A stretch of 64,000 nucleotides of DNA from Octopus bimaculoides (GCF_001194135.2 NC_068981.1:87789844-87853843), one strand, 5' to 3'. Shown: positions 33,451 through 45,625, counted from the stretch's first letter. Notes: generated from the letters alone by a model not told the origin. Made by a program: numbers and translations.

Positions 33451-35884
33451 ATCACCGAAAGCATACTATTTGCCTTAAGAGATAGTTTCAATGCTAGGTG
33501 CTCTTTGTTTTTATATCTCAAGCAAATCTTACCACAATTTCTTTTTTCGTTTCGTTTCCAGTTAACAGCAAACCTAGCACATTTACTCCATAACTAACAC
33601 GTTTCCTAATGATTTTCTTTGATCTATATTTTCTCTTTGAATTTGCCATTATGAAGGTTATTTGAAAACGATCTCTGTCTCTCTCTCTCTTTCTCAGGCA
33701 ATAGCAGATGAATTTTCTGTATGTTGCATTTTCATGAAAGTGTCAAAATCGTTTTCCATTTTGTGTGCATATAAACGTAGTTATATATCTAAAATAAATA
33801 AAAGTTTTCCTACAAAGCATGCAAATAAAGTTGACTACATATTATAACAGGTGTGTTAGAAATAAATCATTAATAAAAAAAATTATTGTCGTCAAATTGT
33901 AATTGAAAGATAGAAAATAGTATCTTAATAGTATAATCCTTGACTACATTTTTAATTTCTTGAGATAATTTGAACCTTCCTTTGTGCTTTCAGCGTTCTC
34001 TTGTAATCTAATAATACAATTTCACTTATATGCATCTCAGTCTACACACATTTGATTCGTTGAATTCATTAGAATTAGTTTCAATATTAAAATGGTATTT
34101 TGGTACTCTTAGCACAGATTATAATAATTCATAATGGTGATTTCTGTATTTTTTAATGACTGTTTGCAAAAGAAGATTTAAAATTGATTTACTAAAATTG
34201 TATTGTGAATGTCATCAAAATAATTAGAATTCTGCTTCACTAAATTTTGAATTTACCAATTTTCTTCTTGCATAGCATTTGAGGGAAGGAACACATTTTC
34301 CTGGCCTTGGATGGAACCTGCTAAATTTTGCTACACTATTGCTTGTGTTCATGGCCTAGTTATTCAATAAGGTTAATAGATTTTGTATTCATTCAATATT
34401 AATCAAAAGAATATAGAGACTGAATTCAAGCTGGATATGCTATCAGATATTCTCTTAAGCTTCAGGAACACGTATTGATTTTTTTTGTTATTTTTTTGTT
34501 TTTGTTTTGGGTTAGTGTTAAAAGCGGCATAGAAATAATTGTAAATGATTGATTCAGATCTAAATAAATAAATAAACTGTGTAGAGCTGCTATCTATCAG
34601 TATTAACAAATTCAGAATTTTTGATTTTTATTTTGTTCAGAGTTTGTCTTTTGTTTAAAGTCTGCCAAATGCTTTTTAATGAAAGGCCAATTAATTAGAA
34701 CGTGTGTGTGTGTGTGTGTGTGTGTGTCATCAGGTGTGCTTTTAGTAGGAACATCTATAAAAGTTAAAGGCCAATAAAATATCAGATATACTTTCTAAAC
34801 TGTTGAACATTGATACTTTCATTTCTGTTCCAGAAATCTCTACAGGTATTTTGAAGTCTGTTTAAAAAAACATTCTCCTGGTGTGTGTGTGTAATTTGGT
34901 TTAATTTAATCTAGTGTCTGAAATATACTGAATTCATTTTAAAAATGCTTTTGCTTATATTTTTGAATAATAAGCTTATTTAAATTCCATTTTTAGTGGA
35001 ATGGTAATTTTCTTTTAGTTTAAAGGAGGCCAAATAACTACATATCTATTATCAGCATAATTCCAAATTATAATTTATAATCTAGACCAAACATATTACC
35101 TTATCAATTAGCACTCCCCAACCCACAATTATCATGTAACAAACCTTTCATTGAGTATGGATTGTTTTGCACGTTTCTCATTTTGGTAGATTAACATATT
35201 GAATAGTTTGGACACATTGAGTAAGTTTAATTTTTCTGAGAATAATAATTGAATTATATAGCTGAAAATATATTCTCTGGTTTGCTTTGTTAATATACAA
35301 ATCAATTTTAGCTGCTTATAGTTTTTAATTTAGATTTAATTTTTATAAGAAGAAACTATTAGACAAGATTCTGCAGGCTTATAGATAACTTTTGTTATCT
35401 ATAACATTTATATATGAGCAATAAAATTGAATAACTTGCATTTTAAACATTTGTGTTGGGTTGATTGTTTGAAGTTAGTTGTCTTTAATTATTTGATTTT
35501 TTCATCAATTATATTTTTGATTACATATTTTGAAAGAAAATTTTTTATTAGGAATTAGGAAAATTTAGAAAAAACATTTTTAACACTGAATGTAATTACT
35601 TTGATTTAGTCAAAGAAATATCTAATATAGAAGACAGTATTTCAGTAAGAAAATATTATAGCTGGATAATGAAATTGTGAATGAAGTATTTTAACAATTT
35701 GTTTGTGTGTAAAGTAATTTGGTTATCCAGATTTTAGAGCATTTTCATCTTTTAAAATGCACAACAGTCTTAGCTGTATGTAGTTGCTTGTTCAAATCGG
35801 AAAACTTTCTTGGCTGAATTCTCTAAAATGATTGGTAGCTGTGTTAGCTTCATAAAATTTAGTTCTTGTACAAAACAGTTTTGG

Positions 35885-35943
35885 CTCTTAAAACATCTAG
35901 TTGCTCTTTAAAACATCTTGTTGCCCTTAAAACATTTTGTTGG
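35885..35943. repeat. ~19-20-bp tandem repeat x3 (CTCTTAAAACATCTWGTTG)
   Basis: Directly visible. Confidence 0.8.
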
Positions 35944-37432
35944 TGTATAAGTAAATTTTTTATTGCTATAATTATATTTTGGTATGATAAGCCTTTTGTA
36001 CATAGAAAGTGGGTTGAAGGAATTTATTGATGTTGAGTTATTTTGGATAATAGGGACTGTTCATACTGTTCAGAACAAAGTTTTGGAGGTTGTTCTAGCC
36101 CGAGATCAAGCAAACCCATGTTCAAAAGTAGTCCACCTTTGACCATCTTGTCTTTTAGCTTTCTTCAGAGTCTACCTTGAAATACATCATTGAATATGTT
36201 AAGTTAGTAGAATGTAGTTTAGGGGATTTAACATCTATTTTTGATAACTGAGTGACCTGTAAAGGGTCTTTTGTTAGCTTGAAAGTTTGGAGGTTGATGT
36301 ATTTGGGTTTGACTATATACAGTGAACAGGTCTATGAGGCATCTTCAATGAGATTCAGGTGCAATAAGCAAGTTGAATGGAGTTGAACTTGATGTTCTAA
36401 TTGATGTTGAAGAGAATACTAAGGATGGCAATGAGCCAGAGATTGGAAGAATTAGTGATAAATCTGCTCAATCAGTTCAATTTAGTTAAATGTGTGGGAG
36501 TAAAAATACAAGAAAATTTCATCTTTACAGACAGTAAACAATTGTTCACAAACAAAATATTCTTTGGTTTTGAAACTAATTCCCGTTTTCTTGGCATTTT
36601 TATAAGGAAATTGTGTGGCATGAATGAGATATATTCAGTTGGAAGTTGTTCATGAGATAAGGAAGTGTATATTATTTTCCTCTGGTGTTCAGAATTAGGT
36701 CACTTCTGATAATTATTTTCAAGATGAAAATCTTGATCATGATTTGAAATGGGAATGTTAAAAGATTTATTAATAGAAGAAGATTTGAAATATTACTTGT
36801 GCAATCATTTATTGATATATTCATATATTGTATTCTGTATGATGTGCTCTTTTTCCTTCCACTAAATAAGATTTTCAGAAGTTTAAGCAACAAATAGCAT
36901 TCTAAATATCATACATAACAAGCTCCTCAAACAGCATGATAAATATCAGTTCTAGCATCACTCATTCTATCCCCAATTATAACTTGAACTCTACTGGGTG
37001 CTCTTATAGTCCTTTGGGATAGATTTTACAAAAAATTAATCTTCTCCTTTCCTTCAAATTAAATAGGAAAAGTAATGTTTAATGAATCATGGGTTGATAT
37101 CTTTGTAGATACATTCAGTTTAGCTAATAATTAATACAAAATGTTTCTCTCGTTGGGTTTTTTAAAATTTCATTTTAGTTGTGAAAGGGTATGTACTGCT
37201 TCAGATGTGCCAAATAATGAAAAGATGGCTTTAACAAAGTTGATATAAAATTTTTAAAAATTACGGAATAGCCTGTAAAAACCGAAAAAGAAATGCTAAT
37301 TTTCTATCATGCACAAAGATACTATGGTTATTTAAAATTTCCCTGAATACTGCATTTTTTTAAAATAGCATCCAGCCTTTAACTAATATTTGTCATTAAG
37401 GTCTTCATGCTGATATATATATATATAGTTAT

Positions 37433-37968
37433 GTGCTGGGGGCACGTAAAAAGCACCATTTGCGTGTTGGGCCTCATGGAAGCAGTGATGTGAAGCCAAG
37501 TGAGATCATAGTCGTGGCTGATGCCAGTGTCGCGTAACTGGCCCATTAAAAGCACCCTTCAATTATTGGGCGATATGCTATGCTTGTGAAGACCTGTTGA
37601 ACCAAGAAAAATCATAGTTGTGGCTGAGGCCAGTGCCGTCTGATTGGCACACATGCCAGTGGCACATAAAAAACACCTCATGGAGGCAGTGACAGGTGAC
37701 CTAGACTCTTGGCAATATACTGTGCTTGCGTTGACCTGTCAAGCCAATGGCTGATACTGGTGTCAGGTCAATGGTACCTATGCTAGTGACACATAAAAAG
37801 CACCCACTACACTCTCGGAGTGGTTGGCATTAGGAAGGGCATCCACCCATAGAAACCGTGCCAAATCAGATTGGAACCTGGTGCAGCACCCACCCATCTG
37901 CTTACCAGTTTTCAGTCAAACCATTCAGCCCATACCAGCATGGAAAGCAGACATTAAATGATGATGAT
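37433..37968 (+). mobile_element. Non-autonomous RTE-tail element with internal tandem modules
   Basis: GGCACGTAAAAAGCACC-like motif at 37441, 37540, 37661 and 37788, then the standard tail and (GAT)n. Confidence 0.8.
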
Positions 37969-37975
37969 TAAATAA

Positions 37976-38050
<75 letters not shown>
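37976..38050. repeat. (TA)n(CA)n microsatellite
   Basis: Directly visible. Confidence 0.95.
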
Positions 38051-39117
38051 TATGGTGTCTATTGGCTTGCTATAAGTATGACTATCTTTTGTACTACTTT
38101 CTTCTCCTTTTAAGATGTAGTGCCTTCCTGTTATGGGCGCCCAGAGTGGTGAGGACAAACACCATTATAGCAAGACCAAAACTGAAGTGGAGAATGCAAC
38201 TACATGGACCAGAGGGTTGCGACTGCGTCTGCTTATGTTACATATTCCTTGTGCTCTTATAAGCAAGGAAACTGTATTCAAGTTGTGGTATTTCATTATG
38301 GCAGACGCACATTACTCTAACCATTGTAATATATGGTTTACCAGATGTTTGTGGTTTCAAGAAGCCAGTCTTGACTTGTGCTGGAAAAAATAGAGATACA
38401 CAAAAGGCCAACAAATTTTATATATTTGACATATAGCATGCACACTTGTTACAGAAAAATAAAACAACAAAAAATTCCCAGAAATGTGGAATTCAGTGTT
38501 TCATTGGAAAGTATCTCATCTCTTGCTATGCTTATATGTAGGGAGAGAGATATTCATGAATGACTGAATAATTAAACAGCTTTCCAATTGCAGAGTTCAG
38601 CATTTAATTACACTGCACATCATCTTGGGCAAGTATCATGTTCCTTGACCTTGCATCAATTGCCTTATAAATGAAATTGAGTATATAGAAACTCAAGTTA
38701 CCTGTTAGATAGACTGTGACTGCAAGTTGGAGTCCAAAGAATGTCATGCTGAGTTTTCTTGAATATTTCATTAAACATATAAATGTTTATGGAATGCTCA
38801 GCTACTGGGTTTCTATAAGAGAGTGGCTAGGAAGAAATAGTTTCGTCTTCTAGCATATGTTAGATCATTATAAGCAGAATTCCTTTCTATGATATCACAG
38901 TGAAAACAACTCTCAGGCATTTCCCAAACCCAATATTTTAGGCTGTAACTCCTCTCACTTTTAATTCTTTCTCCCTCTGTCCTTTTCTTAGAAGATTAAA
39001 CTTGCCAGTGACTTTATCTACATTTGAAAATTCAAAGAATATAAGATTTGGTGCACCATTGAGTGATTTAGTAAATCTGTTATCTTTATAATGTTGAACT
39101 TTTCTTAACCAAATCCT

Positions 39118-39341
39118 GAACCCCTTAGCATTCAGTTTACTCTGTCAAAAGTAATGCTTATTCACATTGCTTTTTATTAATCCAACATATATCTCATAGC
39201 CATGAAATTTCAATGATGTGATCCTTTATTTTTTAGAATGAATTGCAGGGTAGGATGAGAGGCTTGATCTGGCTAGTTTGAACATAAAACAAGTAGAATA
39301 TTTGGGCCTGATATGGCCAGTTTAAATATTTAAAGGCTTAA
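39118..39341 (-). mobile_element. MITE family B
   Basis: Reverse-complement copy ending taaaggcTTAA. Confidence 0.8.
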
Positions 39342-39498
39342 ATACAGAAACTTTTAAAATTCATTTATAGTTGATAGTAAGCTTGAATTTCTGTAGGTTA
39401 ATTCCTATACTGTAAAATCTGTGCATGGATGTAGTTCTGGCTAGTGAGCATTGGGCAAAGTGCTTTCTATAATACTCAATAGTTTCTGTCTACCAAAT

Positions 39499-39682
39499 CC
39501 ATATCGGGCTCAAATATTCTACCTGACTAGATCCAGACTCTTATACCTTGTCCTACAATGTCACTCTAAGAATAAACAATCACATCATTGAAATCTTTAA
39601 GCTACAAAATAAGACATCATTATTTCAAAACAAGCTGAATAAATAAGCATTACATTTGACAGTAATCTGAATGCCAAAAGGA
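39499..39682 (+). mobile_element. MITE family B (partial)
   Basis: ccatatcgggctcaaatattctacctg...gtaatctgaatgccaaaagg. Confidence 0.75.
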
Positions 39683-40480
39683 TAGTGACTGCATGTTACC
39701 AATACAGTGTATGTCAGACCAAATGGAGGAGCCCCTACATAATCACCCAACCTTTTAAAATGAACAAATTTTCCTCAAATCATACACTACTATCTTTTAA
39801 AAGGACACATAGTATAACATTGGATAGGTTATACTATTCCAAATGAAAAGATGGCCTGGTTATGGTTGGAATGACTTCAAATCATTGATGTGTTCTATCA
39901 GAGTTTGAGTGACCTACGGCCAAGTAACAGCAACAAAATGGTATGTTTGTGTATTTAGATATGAATATGTTTTCCTGAATTGTTTTTATATCAAGATTTA
40001 TAAGAAAAAAAGTCTCAACATTTTAAAAATTTGGTAAATATTTTCCATTTATATATTTTTAGAGTTGAAAAAATTTGGGGGTCAACTACTATTCATGCTA
40101 CTTGTCTTGAGTATTTTGTTGACTCCTGAATTGCTAACTTCAAGGCTCAAGAATATAGACATCTTCCCTTCGATTAACCTTCTTAAAGGACTGTGTTGAC
40201 ATAATGGAACACAAATTCTAAGTTGACAAATGAAGGTGCTTCTTTTGGTGAAGTTATTGACAGTAGACAAAAAGTAGTGATTGTATGGTTGTGCTATTTT
40301 TAAAAGTATATAGCAGATTTTCTCATTGATTTTCACAAATGAGGTTCCGTCAGTCTTTTTTCTTTTATTTCTTTTATTTTTTCATTCTGATGTCTGTCTC
40401 TTATGAGACTTTAATCAAGTCAACAATTTTCAGATGGGACATAAATGATTGTTACATTAAGCGACTCTTGTCTTTGCTCT

Positions 40481-40870
40481 CAGTTCTTTAAGATGATCCA
40501 GGCAGCTTAATTCATAGTTAATTATGGTTTTCCTACACTTCTTCCATCATGGAGCTGGCTATACATAAGGGATTTTTGAATTCTGTTGACACTCATTCTG
40601 AGAACAAGATCAATCGATCTTGAGATTGTAATGCAAAGGACTCAAATATCACCTATTTTACATTTAGAGATTAAGTCAATATTAAAAATTCTGTTATCCA
40701 GGCTGTATCTGCAAATGGTCCCAAGACATTGCTTATGAAAGGCATCAAGCTTATTTGATACGTGATTGATAGGACACCCAAGATTCCATTCTGCACAGGA
40801 AAGTAGAAAGGACTGCAGCTTCATAAACAATTTTTGTTTCAAATGAGATTCCCTAGTCATTCTATAGAGG
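40481..40870 (-). mobile_element. Decayed RTE-type LINE, post-RT C-terminal region
   Basis: LLSCAEWNL...NKLDAFHKQCLGTICRYSLDNRIFNIDLISKCKIGDI, then VLRMSVNRIQKSLMYSQLHDGRSVGKP, match the LLYG.ETW...KL.AFH..CLR.I...W.D...N and HV.RM...R.PK..LY.EL..G.R..GRP consensus. Confidence 0.8.
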
Positions 40871-41204
40871 ATTATATATATATATATAGTAATCACTCAA
40901 CTATCGTGCGTGTTACATTCCAAAACCTCCCACAGAAATAATTAAAATAAAAAAGATATATAAATACATATCAGCTGCAGAAACCCAGATATATTGAGGA
41001 GTCTGTGATATAAATTTACATATATTAGCCAGAAAAATTCACAATGTACTGAGTGCGCAATAGGTGAACCGCATCGTACTAAGTGTGCGATAGGTTAACT
41101 GCTATATGGTAAGGGATTACTGTATATATAAATAGATAGACAGGTAGATAGAGAGGTATATAGAAGTACTGAAAAGCAATGTATTTTCAAGCAAATAGTT
41201 TGTC

Positions 41205-41475
41205 ATGTCATGTGGCCTTAATGGTTAGGGTATTCAGCTCATGTGTGTTCTTGAGCCAGACACTTTATTTCACATTGCTCCAGTCCACTCGGCTTACGAA
41301 AATGAGTAGTATCTGTATTTCAAAGGGCCAGTCTTGTCAAATTTAGTGTTACACTGAATCTCCCTGAGGACTATGTTAAAGGTACACATGTTGGTGGACT
41401 GCTCAGCTACTTGCATATTAATTTCACAAGAAAGCTGTTTGATTGATTGGATCGACCGGAACCCTCAACCTCATA
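41205..41475 (+). mobile_element. tRNA-SINE with a family-D-type head/core and a different 3' body
   Basis: catgtggccttaatggttagggt...gtgttcttgagccagacactttatttcacattgctccagtccactc, then a distinct body. Confidence 0.7.
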
Positions 41476-41649
41476 ACTGATGGAGTATTAGTCTGTCATA
41501 TCACAAATAGGTTACAAGTTGATAAAAGATGTCCTTACAATCAACCAATCAGCATAGTGTTAATGACTAAGTATTAATGGGGACAAACATTGTTTGTATG
41601 TGCTCTATTTGATAGCCTGTGAAATACAAGGACTTTAGCATGCTGCATA

Positions 41650-42410
41650 TTTAACATTGCATATTTTTGCAACACCTGCAGGAGAAAACAAATGTGCAGT
41701 GTATTCTGATGGTGTGAGTATTCAGAAATGCTAAAAGTGGTTTAACATATTCAAAAACTGATTTTGATATTTTTTTACATGGGTATCAATCACAAAGACC
41801 AACTGATTTCAACAGTGACACATAGAAACAGCAGTTCAAGATCTGCACCAAAGTCTTGGAGACTCGCCCCAGAGGTTTGATGAACCTTGATCCACTGTGC
41901 AAAATTATCTCAAGTACATTGGGGAATTGTATAGAAAATGAAACAGTACAGTCAATAATTTGCAAATGAAGAATGAACAAACACTTTTCTTAATTGAATT
42001 GTATTAAATGATGAGAAATGGAGAGTCTATGCCAGCAATAAGCATAAGAAGTAATGCTCTATATTCTTAGGCCTTGAAGTCAGCAATGAAAATCCAGTTC
42101 CAACATCCAAAGTAGAATACAATAAGTAGTGTCCACCTTGAACTATTGGAGCAAGGGAAAAGCATTACTGCAGAACTTTGTCGACAACTTGAATGTGTGA
42201 GTCAAAAAACAAACCATTTCTAGTCAAGAGAGGAGGAGTCATTCTCTCACCTAATAATGCAAGGCCACAGTGTAGATAATTCAAGAAAAGATAAATTCAT
42301 TACTCTAGGAAGTTCTACCTCACTTTACCTACTCACCAGACCTAGCACCATGAGATTTCATTTATTCAGGTCAGTTAACACTTTGCCAGTGGAAAACATT
42401 TAGAAGAGTG
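41650..42410 (+). pseudogene. Mariner (Tc1/mariner) transposase remnant
   Basis: Motifs CAVYSDGVS..C*KWF..FKN, ..DEKW..Y, GVIL..NNARP and EVLPH..YSPDLAP*DFHLFRS are mariner hallmarks; many stops and frameshifts. Confidence 0.9.
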
Positions 42411-42576
42411 GCACACCACACATTTCTCTCTTCTAAAGAGCCTGATTTTTTTTGCTCAAGGAATCAGAAAACTGGTTTCAAGGTGGAAAGGTGTTATTGC
42501 TAACAGTGGTGATGATATTTCAATGAATAAATATAGTTATGTTTTATACTGATTTGATACTCCCAATATATCTTTT

Positions 42577-42740
42577 CATCATCATCATCATTTCATCAAT
42601 ATCATTTCCATGCTGGCATGGGTTGGATGGTTTTTGACAGTAGCTGGCAAACCAGAAAACTGTGTCAAGCTCAACTGTCAGCTTTGGCATGGTTTCTATG
42701 ACTGCATGCAATTCCTAACACCAGCCACTTTGTGGAGAGT
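42577..42740 (-). mobile_element. RTE-type 3' tail (older)
   Basis: (ATC)n...tttccatgctggcatgggttggatgg. Confidence 0.75.
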
Positions 42741-42885
42741 ATACATACATGCATGCATACATACATACATACATATGTGTTTATGTATATATGTATTTTT
42801 ATATATATGCACTTATAGATATATATTCATGTATATATGTTTACAAACACATTTTTTGGCATCTGGTGGCTGGTCTGCTTATTTT

Positions 42886-43047
42886 CTACACTCTCTGAGT
42901 GGTTGGCGTTAGGAAGGGCATCCAGCTGTAGAAACTCTGCCAAATTTAGATTGGAGCCTGGTGTTGCCATCCGGTTTCACCAGTCCTCAGTCAAGTCGTC
43001 CAACCCATGCTAGCATGGAAAGCGGACGTTAAACAATGATGATGATG
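42886..43047 (+). mobile_element. RTE-type 3' tail (young)
   Basis: Near-identical to the reverse complement of 4885-5060. Confidence 0.9.
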
Positions 43048-43204
43048 TGTATATATGTGTACACAAACACACAAAGTTAGAAAGAAAGTTCTGTTAAATT
43101 TCAAAATGGGAACAAAACAAATGCTGTTGTAACTTGCCTGAAGACTGTGCATCCATAGGTAAAACTCAGAGCAGCAAGAGACTGGCTTGACCAAAATGAA
43201 ATAT

Positions 43205-43418
43205 TGATTTCAAATTTTGATACAAGACCAGTAATTTAGAGGGAAGAAATAAGTTGATTATACCAACCCCCAGTATTCAAGTAGTACTTACTTTATTGAC
43301 CCTGAAAGGATGAAAGGTGAAGTCAGTCTCGGCAGAATTTGAACTCAATGCAAAGATGGATGAAATGCTCTTAAGCACTATGCCTGGCATGCTAATGGCT
43401 CTACCAGCTTACCACCAT
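43205..43418 (-). mobile_element. tRNA-SINE family G (CCTTTCATCCTTTC.GGGTC.ATAAA..AAGTAC core); another copy at 52795-52945 (+)
   Basis: Reverse complement of GAGTTCAAATTC.GCCGAG...TTTCATCCTTTCAGGGTCAATAAA...TACTGGGG...TTGTRYCAAAATTTGAA. Confidence 0.7.
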
Positions 43419-44286
43419 CAGTCAAAATAAAATATTAATCTGTAGTATAGTATAGAGTACTTTTTTTTTTGTTTCTGATGGTCAGCACATATATATGTGT
43501 GTGATACAAACACACACTTGTCAATTCTTCTCCGATAGAATAGTCCACTAATATATGGAAAGCTTATCTTTGTCTTCTGAGAACATGCTGTATGTGCATC
43601 TATTCTGAAAACAGCTGTAAGAGACTATCTGCACACCTTACTCCCTTGTTTCTATGATATAATCTATTCTAACAACTCTATTGTAACACCTCTACAATTA
43701 TATTTAGCTGTATAAATTTCATGCTCTAAACTGATGCCTATTGTTTACCTTTTCATTCATTCTGTTGTAGATCTTCATATCTATGTATAAATAGATGTAA
43801 GAGTGTATAATATATATATATATATATATTTATTTATTTATTTATTTATTTATGTGTGTATATATGCACTCGTGTATATATGTTGTGTGTATCCCATCCT
43901 TGTCCTTTGAATTGAGTAGATAATGCAATCGCTTAGGGTTCAAAGGCCTATAGCTTTTCAGTATTCTATGTAAAGAAACATGCACATTGTAGTGGGAGAA
44001 GTTTTCAAGAAGCAACTAGAACTTCTCTCCCTCTAGAGCCACAAGCTTACTTCATGGCAAGAAACACAACTGAGGGCAGCAACTTCGAACTCCCTTATTC
44101 ACCAAATGCCAACTAAAGGAGGAAGATCAGTAAAAAGTGTAGCAACATTGAAGGTGATGATCCAGCCTCGCCATAGCTTGTGAGGTGAGACAAAACAAAA
44201 GATATATACATGTATATTTATAAATGTGTGTGTGTGCCTCTCTCTCTCTCCATATATATATAAATGAAGGTTCCACCATTTTTTGT

Positions 44287-44781
44287 TGAAAATCCTACAT
44301 GGATTGTGTTTATGGTGACTGAATGTTTGTGCTATACATTAGCCCGCTTCTATCAAATTGATGTTATACAGGTGCATGTGAGATGTGAAAGTGATCACAG
44401 GGTAACATGAGATGAAATATTTTACTCAACACAATGTGCCACTTGGTACAGAAGTTGAAGCCATGATTTTGTGTTTGTGAGTGCAACACTAACCACTAGG
44501 TCATGCATACTCACTGTGTGTGTGTGTGTGTGTTGGTAAAATCCTGCACAGATTGTGTTTATAGTGATGAAATGTTTGTGGTGTACATTAGCCCACTTCC
44601 ATCAAATTGACATCATACAGGTGCATGGTTTGCTGTATATCGAATGTGGAAGTGATTACCAAGTAACATGAGATGAACTGTTTTGCTCAACAACACAATG
44701 TGCCACCTGGTCCAGAAGTCAAAGCTTGATCTTGTATTTGTTAGTGCAACACTCTAACCTTTAGGCCATGCATTCTCACTA

Positions 44782-44861
<80 letters not shown>

Positions 44862-45070
44862 TATCATGGACTCTCCTGTTGTTAGATGATGTACGAGGGT
44901 TTGGCAATTTCTTGATCAATATAAACAAACCATTTGTGTGGTTGTTCGGCAATTTCTTGCCAAACAACCACACAGATAATTTGTTTATAGTGATTAAATT
45001 TTTGTGTTCACATAAGCTCACTCACTCCATCAAATCGACATTAATCTGTACAGGTACACTATATGCCACA
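44287..45070 (-). mobile_element. Three head-to-tail copies of an old tRNA-SINE (44287-44530, 44536-44790, partial 44970-45070)
   Basis: aaaatcct...gattgtgtttat.gtga...catcaaattga...acaggtgca...cacaatgtgccac.tgg...gtgcaacact repeated; the minus-strand head resembles family D. Confidence 0.75.
44785..44861. repeat. (TA)n(CA)n microsatellite
   Basis: Directly visible. Confidence 0.95.
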
Positions 45071-45094
45071 TGTCAGATGACGAAATGATCAAAA

Positions 45095-45139
<45 letters not shown>

Positions 45140-45416
45140 NNNNNNNNNNNNNNNNNNNNNNNNNNNNNNNNNNNNNNNNNNNNNNNNNNNNNNNNNNNNN
45201 NNNNNNNNNNNNNNNNNNNNNNNNNNNNNNNNNNNNNNNNNNNNNNNNNNNNNNNNNNNNNNNNNNNNNNNNNNNNNNNNNNNNNNNNNNNNNNNNNNNN
45301 NNNNNNNNNNNNNNNNNNNNNNNNNNNNNNNNNNNNNNNNNNNNNNNNNNNNNNNNNNNNNNNNNNNNNNNNNNNNNNNNNNNNNNNNNNNNNNNNNNNN
45401 NNNNNNNNNNNNNNNN
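45140..45416. other. Assembly gap inside (TA)n
   Basis: N run flanked by (TA)n. Confidence 1.
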
Positions 45417-45449
<33 letters not shown>

Positions 45450-45460
45450 CACACATATAT

Positions 45461-45625
45461 GCGATGGGCTTCTTTCAGTTTCTGTCTACCAAATCCACTC
45501 ACAAGGCTTTGGTTGGCCCGAGGCTATAGTAGAAGACACTTGCCCAAGGTGCCATGCAGTGGGACTGAACCCGGAACCATGTGGTTCGTAAGCAAGCTAC
45601 TTACCGCACAGCCACTCCTACACCT
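45461..45625 (-). mobile_element. SINE family S head/core (little diverged)
   Basis: ggcttctttcagtttctgtctaccaaatccactcacaaggc...gggactgaacccggaacc...cacagccac. Confidence 0.85.

Larger units (their letters stand above)
28000..33600. promoter_or_regulatory. CpG-rich, transposon-poor island; probable unmethylated promoter/5' region
   Basis: CG dinucleotides are visibly far more frequent than in the flanks (judged by eye, not computed); contains (CT)n(CA)n(TA)n at 28826-28924, (CTA)n/(CTG)n/(TAG)n runs and (AGC)n at 31525-31546. Confidence 0.6.

Noticed and set aside
36340-36900. Protein-like short frames on both strands (e.g. GAISKLNGVELDVLIDVEENTKDGNEPEIG)
   Set aside because: No consistent splice signals and multiple stops; most likely a decayed transposon that I cannot classify.
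39524-39542. TGACTAGATCCAGACTCTT resembles miR-279
   Set aside because: It is a mutated, deleted part of MITE B (consensus ctggccagatc.ggcctct) and has no complementary arm.
41682-41713. Exon-like segment with cag| and |gtgagt (ENKCAVYSDG)
   Set aside because: It is the N-terminal HTH region of the mariner transposase remnant.
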